A stretch of DNA of 64,000 nucleotides. Origin: Lepidodermella squamata. Lineage: Eukaryota; Animalia; Gastrotricha. The translations under genes were made by a program, and so were the position numbers. The notes under the pieces were generated by a model. That model was not told the origin of the DNA and made no database searches. It saw only the letters and a program-made list of their open reading frames with translations. The stretch lies in the NCBI GenBank assembly GCA_047495785.1, contig JBLDXI010000048.1, positions 1-64,000 on the forward strand, written 5' to 3'. Of this stretch, positions 52,201-64,000 are shown one piece after another (position 1 is the stretch's first letter; every line of letters begins with the position of its first letter).

Positions 52201-52393
52201 ACGTTTTCGTTGAGATCTCGGAACTGGACGAACCCTAACTCACCCAGCGCAGCGACGCAGGCGAAAGCTGGAAAATTGCTTACATGAAGCTAGAAAACTC
52301 AACAACGACAATATTCATACCCGCTTCTGGCTGGATGAAGTAGTCGCACAGGGACATCTCCTCACTGCGGAAGATGCTGACGTGACCCGACAT
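49273..52393 (-). CDS. ATP6V0A: V-type proton ATPase V0 subunit a (116 kDa)
   Basis: [87 protein letters not shown]. Multiple introns of about 45-60 nt. Confidence 0.98.
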
Positions 52394-52705
52394 CTTTCAG
52401 CTAGCTGGAACAAATTTTAAAATGAACCCGTTGCTGTTTTGTGCACTAATAACGTTATTCACTATTTTGACTTCCTTTCGTAGCTGTTGTGCGATAAGGT
52501 CGGTCGGTCGAACCGGAGATTAGAGTTATCTGGACGCCTCGTTGCCGTTTCAACGGTGATAAAACAATTAATTCCACATCTCAGGCTTAACAGCAGTCCG
52601 TGACAGCGGTATGTTTTATCTTATTCTCGATGCTCAAAAAGGGATAGACAGCTCGTTATTTCTCATTCTTTTCCGCGTTTTTCAGTCTCAGATAGTTGAT
52701 TTTTG

Positions 52706-53045
52706 GTGAAATGTAACTCAGATGACTTCTTGTGGCGTTGTCACAGCTTCCGCGTTAGAGAATCGCTGCCCTCAATCCGCTCACTCGTCAGCTTGCGCCA
52801 CACTGCAGATCCTGTCGATCGCTAGACCCTTGTTCCACGCGCCAGCCCTTCACGCGCCGCCATGCTTGTGCACAGCACAGCAGCGCGTGTCTGGCCGACG
52901 CGCAGAGCTTAAGTCCAGCGAACGGCCAGATTCGTAATGCGGCGCTCGCCCGAGTGAGCGGCTCTTGTTGGTTGCGACCTCCGCGACAGAGGTTACAGAG
53001 AAGACGTCAGAGTGAAAGTTCGCCGAAGTGATTTTTTTCTGAGTT
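52706..53045 (-). ncRNA. Candidate structured non-coding RNA, family unassigned
   Basis: Several nested helices, including a 16-bp hairpin that pairs fully only on the minus strand (3 G-U pairs); 5' and 3' ends are complementary. Folded by eye only. Confidence 0.55.
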
Positions 53046-54190
53046 CTTCTGAAAGGAAAATACCCTGAAGGCATCCGCTTCTCGGAAAATTCTCCCCACG
53101 TCTAACTAGATAACTTTGGCTTAAATAAAATCGAAGTGGATACCCAAATTCGACGGTACCAATTTCAGCCGCTATTTGAAAAATGCAATGGCTGGGCAAT
53201 TTTATCCACTTTTCATTTGACAGCTTGATAAAATGTGGCTGCTTTTCCGGAGTTCCACAAGTTCCTTAACAACGAATCTATCGGCTTCATCTAAATTTTA
53301 GCCTGGGGGAAATGTTCAAACACTAGTTTTGACACTCCTAGGCATGAAAAAGTCGCCGAAAATTATTCAGGAGCAAGAGCGCCTTTTTTTATTCATTCGC
53401 AGTGTAGTCAAAAGAGCGACCGCTCGTAGAAACAGAATATTACAAATATAGATAAATTTTTCTTCATTCATAATTCCTCTTCATACGCATCTTTCCATCA
53501 GTAAATAACATCAATAAACAAGAAGAAATAGCAAACGTAAAAGAAGAAGACGGCGCGAGAAAAAACACAAGAAAAAAGTCTGCCAAAAAGAGAAAACAGA
53601 TTGTGCTCGTTACAATTAATATGACGCGCCACCTCACTCGTCATTTATTATTTACATACGCGACTCGGCCAGCGGCCAAAATAAGCGCATTTTCTCGCTC
53701 AAAAAATAACCAGTGGTACATAAATATTGGTAGTAGTGGTATGCAGAAGTAGCAAGTACCCGACGTCTGTTAAGTGGTTGCTATTCAATGGAAAAAGAGG
53801 CGAGCGACACAAGAACGGACAACAAGAACGGCGACGCACCGCTGGCGAAACGCAAAAATATTATTTATAAACAAAAAAGAGAGTAAGTAACACGACGCAA
53901 TTTTGCAATTAGAAGAATCTACCATAAAAATTGTAAAAGTGTGATGTTTTTCTAATAAGCGAAACTGGCATAGCGCCAATTTGTTAACAATGTAAGATCA
54001 GGTGAGAAGTGACCAGTGGCTGTAGCTTTTTTCAGCGTCTCAATCAGTTGGTTTCAGCAAAACTTGAAAAAATATCCCAACTTTCATGCTAAAACTGAAT
54101 CACTGGAGTTGAACACTTTCAAGACTTCACTAAAACTGTGCATCGAAATCTGTCTCAAGACACTGAAGTTGATGCCTTTTGCATGTGTCA

Positions 54191-55664
54191 CTACTTTTTA
54201 CGAGCCGACGTCCTGCGAGTGCCGCGAGGTGAAGGCGCCGCTGCCGCTGCTGCTGCGGCTGGTTTAGGCTGGGGAGGTGCTACTTGAGGTACTGGTGCTA
54301 CTGGAACCTGTTGTTTATGCTGCTCAACTACCTGAGTCTGTATTACGCTGTTATTATGAGGTGGTGGCGGTGGGACTGGGGAGACTCGCGAGATGATGCG
54401 CATTTTCGGCTGAGGCGGCGTCAACTGCTGCTGCTGCGCCGGCGATAGCGACAGCGTCAACGTTGGCGACGGCAGTTGCTGCGGGTGGTTAGCACGATCT
54501 GGAGATCCGGCGATGGACACCGTGACGGGGTGTAGGATGACGCGTTTCACGACTGGGGGCGAGACAGGGGCGGCGTGGGCTGAGGTGGGGGCTGATGCTG
54601 TCGAATTGGCGACTGGCGAGGTTGCGACCATCACCACTGGGATGTCCGAGTAATGCTGCTGTTGTTGTTGGTGCGGGCTTTGGTAGTGGATAGTTGCTTG
54701 AGGCTGGGCGTGTTGCACGATGGCGGCTGATGCTGCCCCGCTTTGCTGACCCGTTGCAGCGACAACAACCAGTTGAGACTGAAAAATACGAAATGAGGCT
54801 TATTAAAAAATTTTAAGGTAGCTTATTGGAAATGTATTCCACTGATTTCGTAAATTTTGATGAGACGATTGCTTTTTAAGTTTGAAATGTTAGAGAATGA
54901 CGAAAAATATCTGAAATCTCAGGCGATTTTCGAGCTTTTAATGGTTGGCTGTTAGAATTCTATTGTTCAAGCGGTCTCAGGAAACATTTTAAACTTGAGG
55001 GATCACAAATTCCACGTTTTGAGTAAAGGAGATCAAGTCTGAAGGATGCACATTTGATAAATTTAATCCGACCAATAAAATGTAGGCATAATTTGACATT
55101 TAAACCGTTAAACGCTATAGACAGAGGCTAAATAAAAACATTCTTGATATTATTAATTTGGCATTTAGAACAGGTAATACAGTGTCAATTTCAAAATTCA
55201 TCATCAAAATGAGACAATGGCTTAATATTAATCCTCTAATAAATTCTCGTTCAAGGTTGAGCGTAAACAATTTGTTCCTTCAACTTCGGGCTACCAACGA
55301 AGAATATTCATGAACTTGATTCAAACCACTGATTACAATATTAATCATCAAATCAGGGACAACTCACCATCATATCGTATTGCTGTTGTAAATCGGCCTC
55401 TTTTGCCGCTAACGCAGCATTCTCCTGCCGCATCGCATCGATGCGTTGCTTCCGCTGTTGTTCAGCCGCTTTTTTGGTCTGCCGGCACTTTGTCACCGCC
55501 GAATTATTCCGTGCCCTCCGTTGTTGATAATCGTCATTTCCAGAATCAGAACTAGCCACAGCAGCCGCCGCTTCTTTCTTCGTCACGCGGCCGCCTCGAG
55601 TTTTAGCCGCCGGGGGTGGCGAGGGCGTTTCAGGCGCTTTGGCAGGCGATTTACGTTTGCCCAT
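54191..55664 (-). CDS. C/EBP-like bZIP transcription factor; exons 55368-55664 and 54191-54778
   Basis: Basic region DDYQQRRARNNSAVTKCR followed by a heptad zipper. A phase-0 GT-AG intron joins it to a P/Q-rich exon. Confidence 0.85.
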
Positions 55665-55895
55665 TCAAAAATAAAATTCAAATTTAAATGCCTAAAATTA
55701 ACGACAAAAAAATCAGTTGAGCAGCTGCTATTTTTCTAATAAACATCCTAAAAGCAAGCACAACATAGCCCCTATTACCTGGCCTATCACATCGAAATCA
55801 CAAGGAGTGCGAAAAATATGCGTTTTTTAGACTCATTTCATGATTATTTGTTCACGGTTTATGCTCAGTTTGTGTCCAGGTCTAGTCAGACTAGC

Positions 55896-57351
55896 TTAAT
55901 CGACGTCAAAGTTCGAAGTCGGCCGAGGACCACCGGCTCCAGGAGCTCCGCCCGGGAAACCACCGCCCATGCCACCAAACATACCGGCCATTCCAGGCAT
56001 GCCTCCCATACCGCCCATTCCAGGCATACCGCCCATGCCTGGCATACCGCCCATACCTGGCATTCCACCCATGCCACCCATACCACCCGGCATGCCACCA
56101 CCAGCAAATTTGCTCTGCATTTTGTCGAAGAACTTCTTCATCTTGGGGTTGCTCTGGTACTTCAACATATTCATCGGGTTCGAGGACACGTCTTGCAACG
56201 CGGCTTGAATCTCAGGGTCATTCAATGCCTCCATCAACTCGGGGTCATCTACAGACAAAAAGAGAATCAAGCATGTTTGGATGAGTCACGTGACCTACTG
56301 AACAAATTAGCGAACATTCCCTCCATACCAGGAGGCATGCCACCCGGTCCGCCACCGCACTCTTCGTCTTCGCCATGAGCATGGCCATGATGAGCGTGCT
56401 TACGGCGTTCTTCCTCCTCCTTTTTCATCCTTTCGTATTCAGCCTGGCGACGGGCTCGTTCACGCAAACGTTGCTTAGCCTCGCGAGCTTCACGCCTCTG
56501 CAGCAACTTTCGCTCGTGCGCTTCGATTTTCAAAGCCCTAGGCTCAACAACATCCTTCAGCAATGCGTAGGATCCGTCGTCGTAATCGAGCTTCAACGCT
56601 AGTCGTAGGTCCTTAGCTGCCAATTCCCAGTTGCCAAGCAAACGATGCGCTTGGCCACGAGCACGGTATGGCACTGCGCTATCTGGGTTCATGTTAATAG
56701 CGTGATCAGCATCACGAATCGCAGCGTTTGGCTTCGATAGACGAACGTAGCAAGCTGCGCGCTTAGCGTACAGCATTGGAAGTTGCGGGTTGAGTTCAAT
56801 AGCTTCGGTGTACAAACGAACAGCGTCTTCAAATCTGCCGTCATTCTGAGCAGCTGCGGCCTCGGAACGCTTGTCGTTTGCTTTCTCCATGTCTTCGTCA
56901 GAAACTTCCTTATCCGGATTTCCCATAGGCTGGGGTGCCTCATTGTCAGGTTCGATACAGCCCTCACGGTCGACCTCAACATCGGAGACAGGCTCTTCCT
57001 CATCTTCGTCATCGTCATCCGCGTGCTTTTCCGCTTTCGGTTCTGCTTTCGGCGCTTCATGCTTCGGCTGCTCAGCTTTGTGCCCAGGCTCCTCCACCAG
57101 AGGCGGAATAGTTGCTCCCATGCTGCAATGATGCGAAAATGACTACATATTGCATCATCTCATAAATCTAGAATACCCTTGGAGCCATTCCCGGAAAAAT
57201 GCGAGATCCGGGCGATGTAAAATTGATGGCTTTTGCTTAATCAGCGAGATGAACTGCTTTAATAACTGAACCTGAATAGAGCAATATATGATAAAGACGC
57301 CAAAAAAACAGAGCATGGGAATCTTCCTACCTGCTGTTGTTCGGCGTTCAT
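55896..57351 (-). CDS. ST13: Hsc70-interacting protein Hip
   Basis: N-terminal dimerisation motif (LHRPDLAFFREWL..MGATIPP), acidic region, 3 TPRs, GGM repeats and a DP/STI1 domain. Three short introns. Confidence 0.96.
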
Positions 57352-58159
57352 TTCATGCAATTTAGAAAACTCGTTCGTTTAATTTTCTAGGCAAATGAGA
57401 TAGATATGTATACAGCTGAAATTTTAAAGTTTCCCAAGTTCTAAAATGAATAAGCTGTAATCTCAATCTCAAGGGAAAACGCTACTTCCGACAGATCATG
57501 CGGGCGTGTATCACAAAAAAACTCTGGAAGAATCTTGCTGATGGATGATGGATTGTTTGGGATTTGGGACGCAAAAAATATATATTATACGTGAAGGGTG
57601 GTCATTATTAATGTTTTTTGAATATATTAATTTTAAACGGCTTTCTGCATTCCATGCGATGTTTTTATACGAGCTGCAGTATTTGGCTCTGGATACCAAT
57701 TCAAGGTCATTTTCATATTTTCGCGGGGTTTTTGTCACCTGCCACAGCCAGAGCGCATTCGCGGCCAGAGCAACTAACACGTGCGACCTTTCGACCTCAC
57801 TGTTGATACGCACTACGCGACCTTCAGGCACGAGTCGGAGATATGCATGCGAGATCTCTATTATAGGCTATCGATTTTGGGGTTTAGAACAACGTCTTGT
57901 GTCTTCAGCGATCAACCTTACCTTACCAAGTAATTGAAGAACTGAAGAAAAAGAGGCACCTGGTGGCCGTTGCCGGTTATCACCGGGCTTGTTTTGTTTC
58001 AGCGTCTATCTAACCTGTCATCTATAAATTTTGAAACGAGAAACGAGCCCGATGCTATTCATAATAAGACAACAATCCTAAGTAGCTTCACGGAGTCGTT
58101 TTCATCATTATTAAATCATTATTTTATGCTGCTTCATTAGAATTAATAATTAATGGAAG

Positions 58160-60483
58160 ATGAGTGGAGCTTACTCACAGCTCGAAAGTGACCGATATGA
58201 CCCGCAAAGTGAATACTCCTGGCAGCTAGAGCTGCCTTCGAACCAGCAATATACGTACCCGGTGCTACCGTATAATCAAGTCAATTCGTTAATTTATTGG
58301 GGTCACAACCATGCTCAAAGTCAGTACTACTGCCAGCCTGAGCAGTCTTCGAACCAGCAATTTGCGTACCCGGTGCAACCGTGCAATCAATTTAACCAGG
58401 AATTTATTCAGGGTCCCAACCAATACATCTGGCAGCCAGAGCTGTCTCTGAACCGGCAATATCCGTACCCGGGACAACCCCAAAATCAATTCAACCAGGA
58501 ATTTATTCAGGGTTTCAACAATGCACAAAGTGAATTCTCCGGGCGGCTAGAGCAGTCTTCGATGCAGCAATTTGCTTACCCGATGCAACCGTACAATCAA
58601 GTCAACCCGGTAATTTATTTGGGTCACAACCATGCTCGAAGTAAATACTACTGCCAGCCTGAGCTGTCTTTGAACCGGCAATATCAGTACCCGATGCAAC
58701 CGTACACTCAATTCAACCAGGAATTTATTCAGGGTCCCAACCTTCCGCCTAGTGAATACCACTGCCAAGAAAAGCAGCTTTTTGAGCAGTCTTCGTACAA
58801 GCGATATCCGCACCCGCTGCAAACCCGCTGCGATCAGTTCAGCCAGGAAAGTTCAACAGGCCGTCGTCAGGCTGACTTTTCATCAATGAAAAGAAAAGCT
58901 TGCGCTATCGAAGAAGATTCTGCGTTTATGCCTCCACCGCCTAAACACAATAATAATGTGCCCCCGACTTCTGCACTCGATCAGCAGCCAACCGATAACC
59001 TCGCCGGAATCATCCCAGTAAGTTTTATACTAGTTGCATCTCTTTCGAATTACCGTTGCACCAAAGATCAAATGGTGGTATTATCTTGTTGGTGTGGATT
59101 TAAGTTAACGCTTCGGATTGAAATTGATATTTTTTTGTGACAGGATATGATTCGCACTAATGCGCCGTCCAATCATGATGCGCGAGAGCCGACTGCGACT
59201 TTCGGCGATGCAATTGCGATGCTAAGGGACACTGATGTTGACACTCGCGAGGGGTTTTTCGAGTCAGGCAACCATGATATCATCGGACAGCCCTCTACGA
59301 GTAACGGCGGCGCGCCTGAATACGAGAAAGACTCGCCGAAGGTCTACAGAGCCAAGAATCTGCCCAAGTGCTTCCATTCGGTGCATATTGAAGGCTGCGT
59401 CAATGACCAACAAATTTGCAACAAAAAACCGGCGAAATTTTTCATCCGATGTGTTCATAGCCGCGAGGCTTACAGCAAGGTGAGCTAATTTATTTTCGTT
59501 TAAGCTGCTTATTGGATACATTTTTTCGAAAAATTACCGTGATATCCGCCAAGTCGTGCGCTGTTCGAACTCTCAGCTCCGTTTCCGATCAAAATTCGCT
59601 AAAAAATTCCGATTTTATTCTTCAGCTACCGACCGAGTTGATTGACAAGTTCGGAGATGCGCTGGGAGGCCGGCAATCCGACCAACACAGGCGCCACACG
59701 ATCGCCGTTTTCCTTGACATGGGCGATTACGACCTGTTGGTGGCACTGATCTTCGCGAAACTGCACGAAGAAACTGCGATTGTGAGCAACAGGCGCCGTG
59801 TTAGCCTGGAGTGTTACAACACTCTGAAATCGGCCGACCTCAAACGAAGCATCCGCAAGTTCGCCGTCAAATCGATGCGAGACGCCGTGATAGGCTATTT
59901 CGGCTTGTTGTGGGAGTGCGGTTACTACTCGGCGCATTTCAAAGCGGGCGATTTCGGTGACAAGAAGCGGTGCTGCATGCTAATCATCCGGGCTACCAAG
60001 GCCGGCAAGGCTACTGACTGCCGGACGCTGGCTACACCGCGGCGCATCTACAACTACTACGACTGGTTGCGGCACAAGGTGAAAAGTCGCCGCAATATCG
60101 CCAAAATGCCCTTGTTCGAAGGCGACACGCTGATGATGGCCGTTGTTGGTACAATCAAGAAACAGCAGAAGGAGACAGGCCAGTTTGATCTAGAGAAAAT
60201 GTGGCTGGCTGTTAACAGGGCGGTGAAGAAGGTCGACACATCGGCTTTCGTCGTGGTTCTGCGCAGCACGAACGCCGTGACTTTAGCGCCACGTTGTAAT
60301 TGCAGCCGTTATTGCAAAAATGCCCCGGACTGCGGCACGACCGCGACGCCTGGCAGCGACCAGTCAATTTTCGACTCGCGCTCGCGTTTCGTTGAATCTG
60401 CTCGCCTGTTCGATTTGCGCTTCGACTCGACTGAGCGAGCGAAAACTTCCACGGCCCAAGTCATTCAAAACGTTGTATGTTGA
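58160..60483 (+). CDS. Uncharacterised ~683-aa protein with N-terminal Q/N/Y/P-rich ~37-aa repeats; exons 58160-59017, 59144-59479, 59626-60483
   Basis: Three long ORFs joined in frame by two phase-0 GT-AG introns; AATAAA near 60699. Confidence 0.75.
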
Positions 60484-61184
60484 TGTTTCCCAACGATTGT
60501 TTTCGAGCAGGCTTATTTTGCTATTCAAATTTTCGATGTGATAATTTTCCGGGTGATACCGACGATTTATGAAGCTGGTTGACATTTTTAAGACATTTTG
60601 GCGATTATTTGCCAGTTATCTTGATGGAGAGCTGTTGCTCCATCTGTCTGTTCATGGTTCTTAACTGCCGGTCTGAAATGTATGGCTCTTATTTTTTCGA
60701 ATAAAATGAATACTTTTGAATAATATTTCCGGATTAATCTTCAGTTTGGGACTGGTCGAAGTTTGCAATATCGCCGAATTTGCAATTGAGTGAATGAAGG
60801 ACTTTGCTCCAGACGTGAGGTTGATTTCATACAAAAAACAGAATACCCAAAGCTACAAAACGAGTTTTGGCCTCGGAACAATATAGTCGATGCATAAATG
60901 ACGATTGGGAGCAACATTCGCGAAACAAGTAAATTTTCAAGATTTTTCGCGATCGTTTGGCAGGCAAGATAGCATGCTTGATTAACACATATACATAATT
61001 TGCAGTTTTCAAGGATTCAAAATTATTGGACGATACTTCTTTCTGCAGCAATTTTTTTATTCGATCAGGGACATATTATGATTCGGTTTATGAAAATATG
61101 TACTATAATCACAATGCCAGCTGATAGCGTGATTCGAAGGCTGCATAGTTTTGCCAAGTGATTATTCTTGAAGTTTCACCAATA

Positions 61185-61943
61185 CATTATAGTCCGGATT
61201 TGTCGAGTAGATGAATCATAACAAGTTTTTTTCTACGCTGCAATAATTTATTGCTATTATTTTTTGTGTTGCGTCGTTCGGTCAATCGGTCACTCCGTCA
61301 GTTGGTCATTTTTTGCAGCCCTGGGTTCGATCGTTCGTGATGGTTCAACGGCTGGCATTTTTACGAGTACATGCTTATACCGTACTCAAACACTATGACC
61401 CCCAAGCACTTAGGTGCTTTAAATATTACTGCACACAAGTAATTATCAACGGATGTTATCGAGGATACATTTTAACGGTGTGAGGAAAAATTGGGCGATT
61501 CACATAATTAATGAATCCATAACGGCGTTGAGAGCAGAAATCAGTGGAATCTACAATTGCCGGTTGAAATGAAGCGTATCCGACTTATACCAACGTGAAT
61601 GCAACCTAAAGCAATCGGATATTTCGTCATACTTTGAGCATTTCCCTCATCGTAATTTTCCTACTCAAATGAAATACTTCCAACTCGCAAAATTTTCATT
61701 TGTAGTTTTAACCACCTAAGTGCTTAGTAGGTCGTAGTGTTTTATTACTGTATGGGCCTGTAATCGTAAAAAAACAGCCGTTGAACTATCACGAACGATC
61801 GAACCCAGGGCTGCAAAAATGACCAACTGACGGAGTGACCGATTGACCGAACGACGCAACACAAAAAATAATAGCAATAAATTATTGCAGCGTAGAAAAA
61901 AACTTGTTATGATTCATCTACTCGACAAATCCGGACTATAATG
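61185..61943. mobile_element. Non-autonomous long-TIR DNA transposon (759 bp)
   Basis: Termini CATTATAGTCCGG...CCGGACTATAATG. The inverted repeats are near-perfect for ~165 bp and recognisable for ~245 bp. ATA lies on both flanks. Confidence 0.9.
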
Positions 61944-63217
61944 ATAGTGCGATTTGTGAGAAACAAAGCATCCAAGTGATGACGGTCATTATAGCGGAAA
62001 AATTGCTTACAAGCGGCGGAAAGAGATAACTGTAAGAGTAAATGTTTTCGACCTGACTTGTTGTTATTTTCGCGTAAAAACTTGTCTGCCGCCCAATTCT
62101 CGAAATCGAAAGATTTCTCTGATCTTTAATCGTAAAAGCCGGATTGCGATCTGTTGACGAAGGAAGTGAACAAATTCCCGCTAGTATCAACACGCTTTCT
62201 TTTTCCAATGTCAATGAATTTCAATCAATCAATCAATGGGATGAAAGCTCAACGTAATAGCTGCGGTTCCGACCTTGGAGAAGTTGAGAAATTTCAAAAT
62301 CATTTGACCGTTTACAAGGGATAAACAATTTGGCATAGTGAGATTTTGATGACGCTTCAAGACCAATGAACGAGGAGTCGAGCGATATCAAAAAGAGGTT
62401 GATAGTCATCAGGGTTGCTGAGAAAATGGGTTTCGGGTGAAAAAATTTTATTTCGAAAATTGCGCTTTGCGACAATTTGGTTTTTAATGCAACTACTTAT
62501 TCGTCGCGCAATAAATTCTGATGACATTTTCTTTGGCGCAGTCGAGGTAATTTTGGGTAAAATGTGAGGTGAGGAATCTTGCTAGATATTCAAATTAAGC
62601 TAGTGCTTTCACGTAAACCTAAATCAATAAGCCTTTCGGCGACACTTTGGGGTCTGCTGAATTTTGAGGTGAATCCGAGCCTCTCTGAGGTCTGTAATTT
62701 GAAAATTCCGAATCTTCTCAAGAAAAACTGAGTCACTTGTTAACGGTTATTTAACTTAACGAACAAATTCTAAAAAGCTTCAAAATTTAATTTAATTGAT
62801 TAAGTCTCAAAAACATGATATTGACCAGATTTCCTGCTCGTTTCGATTACCTAAAATTTAACGTTCGGTTTTGCCGCACATAGGTACCTCTAGACAACAT
62901 TATCTCGGTGCTGTGGCGAATAAGACGGGCATGTATTACTTTAACGAGCTGCGTGCGTGAGCTGCTGCTCTGCTGCTGTCTGCAGACCCATCTTTATTGC
63001 CCATATGTGCGGTGGCGGCTTTGTGTTTCCAGGTAGCGCGACCTCAGCGCGCAGACAATCGACTTCATCAGCGCCTTTTATGACGGCCGCGCGAGGTTAA
63101 CCCCGTGACACCGCCGCGACGGGGCCGCCGCAATCTCAAACGGCGCTCGCTCAATTTTGACTCACTCATCAATTTCATACCTATAGGCACGTTGCAACCA
63201 AAAGTTCCGCAACCACC

Positions 63218-64000
63218 ATGGGCTCGCATCGTTATAATATCTGCGCCCTAATTTTACCACTACTCCTCGCCATTCACCTAGTCACAGCAGCCGAGCCGCA
63301 GTATTTCGCCGAGGAGGAAGAACCATTTCCGTCCTCACAGCTAGCCGATCCTGTCCCGGAGACTCTGCAAGAACAACAGCAACAACGGGAAAGTGGTGAT
63401 GATGTCGATGAGGAGTTGGATTACTATCAAATGCTGTTGTCTCATGCGGACAAATCGCCGAGTCAACACGCGACAGCGCTTGAACTGGCGCGGCATTTAC
63501 TCGCCGAAACAGCGTCCGCGGGCAGCCTCGAATCAGCTGAAAGTACAGCCGAAGAATCGCCTCAGGATGACATTCTGTCACTCAAGGTAAAGCGCGAATT
63601 TTCGATATTTAATAGGTTTTCCGACATTTAAGCCTAGTTTGAAAAACGACAAACGCGCAAAGAATTTATTTCAGTCCATTTTAGACAGCCCAATCAAATC
63701 AGTTTTGAAGGACTAATTTGTAAAATCGATACTTGAATTCGATATCCAAGTATAACTAGTCCGCTGCGATGAGCGACGCAATACCGCAATATTACAGCGC
63801 ACTTGTCGTTAGCGCAATTGACGTCCATATAATTTGAATTTCATTTAAAATAAAATGAGCTTTTTTTCTAGTTTTCTCAGCCGACAGTTTCGTTGCCGAA
63901 CGATGACATTGCGATCGATCCTGAACTCAGCCGGCACGTTGCTCACACTGTGTTCAACGCGCCAATTCCTATGCCGAAATCAGCCCGTTTCGGCGCTTCA
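63218..64000 (+). CDS. Secreted acidic protein, 5' part (runs off the window); intron 63587-63880
   Basis: Kozak-like ACCACCATGG, signal peptide ALILPLLLAIHLVTAA, E/D/Q-rich region; the frame stays open after the intron. Confidence 0.7.

Noticed and set aside
52995-53085. Short U6-like (ACAGAGAAGA) and U2-like (CGCTTCTCGG) matches
   Set aside because: About 10 nt each, with none of the surrounding conserved sequence.
55960-56105. GGM/PGM coding repeat
   Set aside because: Normal feature of Hip/ST13.

Overview
Eukaryotic (animal) genomic DNA with short AT-rich GT-AG introns, in two parts. (1) 1-28,076 is a tandem array of a ~4.49-kb unit carrying 27 tRNA genes (26 anticodons, 18 amino acids, no Met or Cys). 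By hand count there are ~167 tRNA genes in three blocks of alternating orientation. The direct tandem repetition looks real. The orientation switches are suspect: one carries a near-perfect match to what I recall as PacBio barcode bc1003, and the left copies are indel-noisy. (2) 28-64 kb is single-copy sequence: a CEP170-family FHA gene, a divergent Cys-loop receptor subunit, a fucosyltransferase-like gene, U1 snRNA, initiator tRNA-Met, V-ATPase subunit a, an unassigned structured ~340-nt RNA candidate, a C/EBP-like bZIP gene, ST13/Hip, an orphan repeat protein, MITEs and the start of a secreted protein. tRNAs are listed for one clean reference unit (17,020-21,510). The next copies lie about +4,491 and +8,981 away, and inverted copies lie in 3,075-16,825. 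All calls are by eye; no search or folding program was run.
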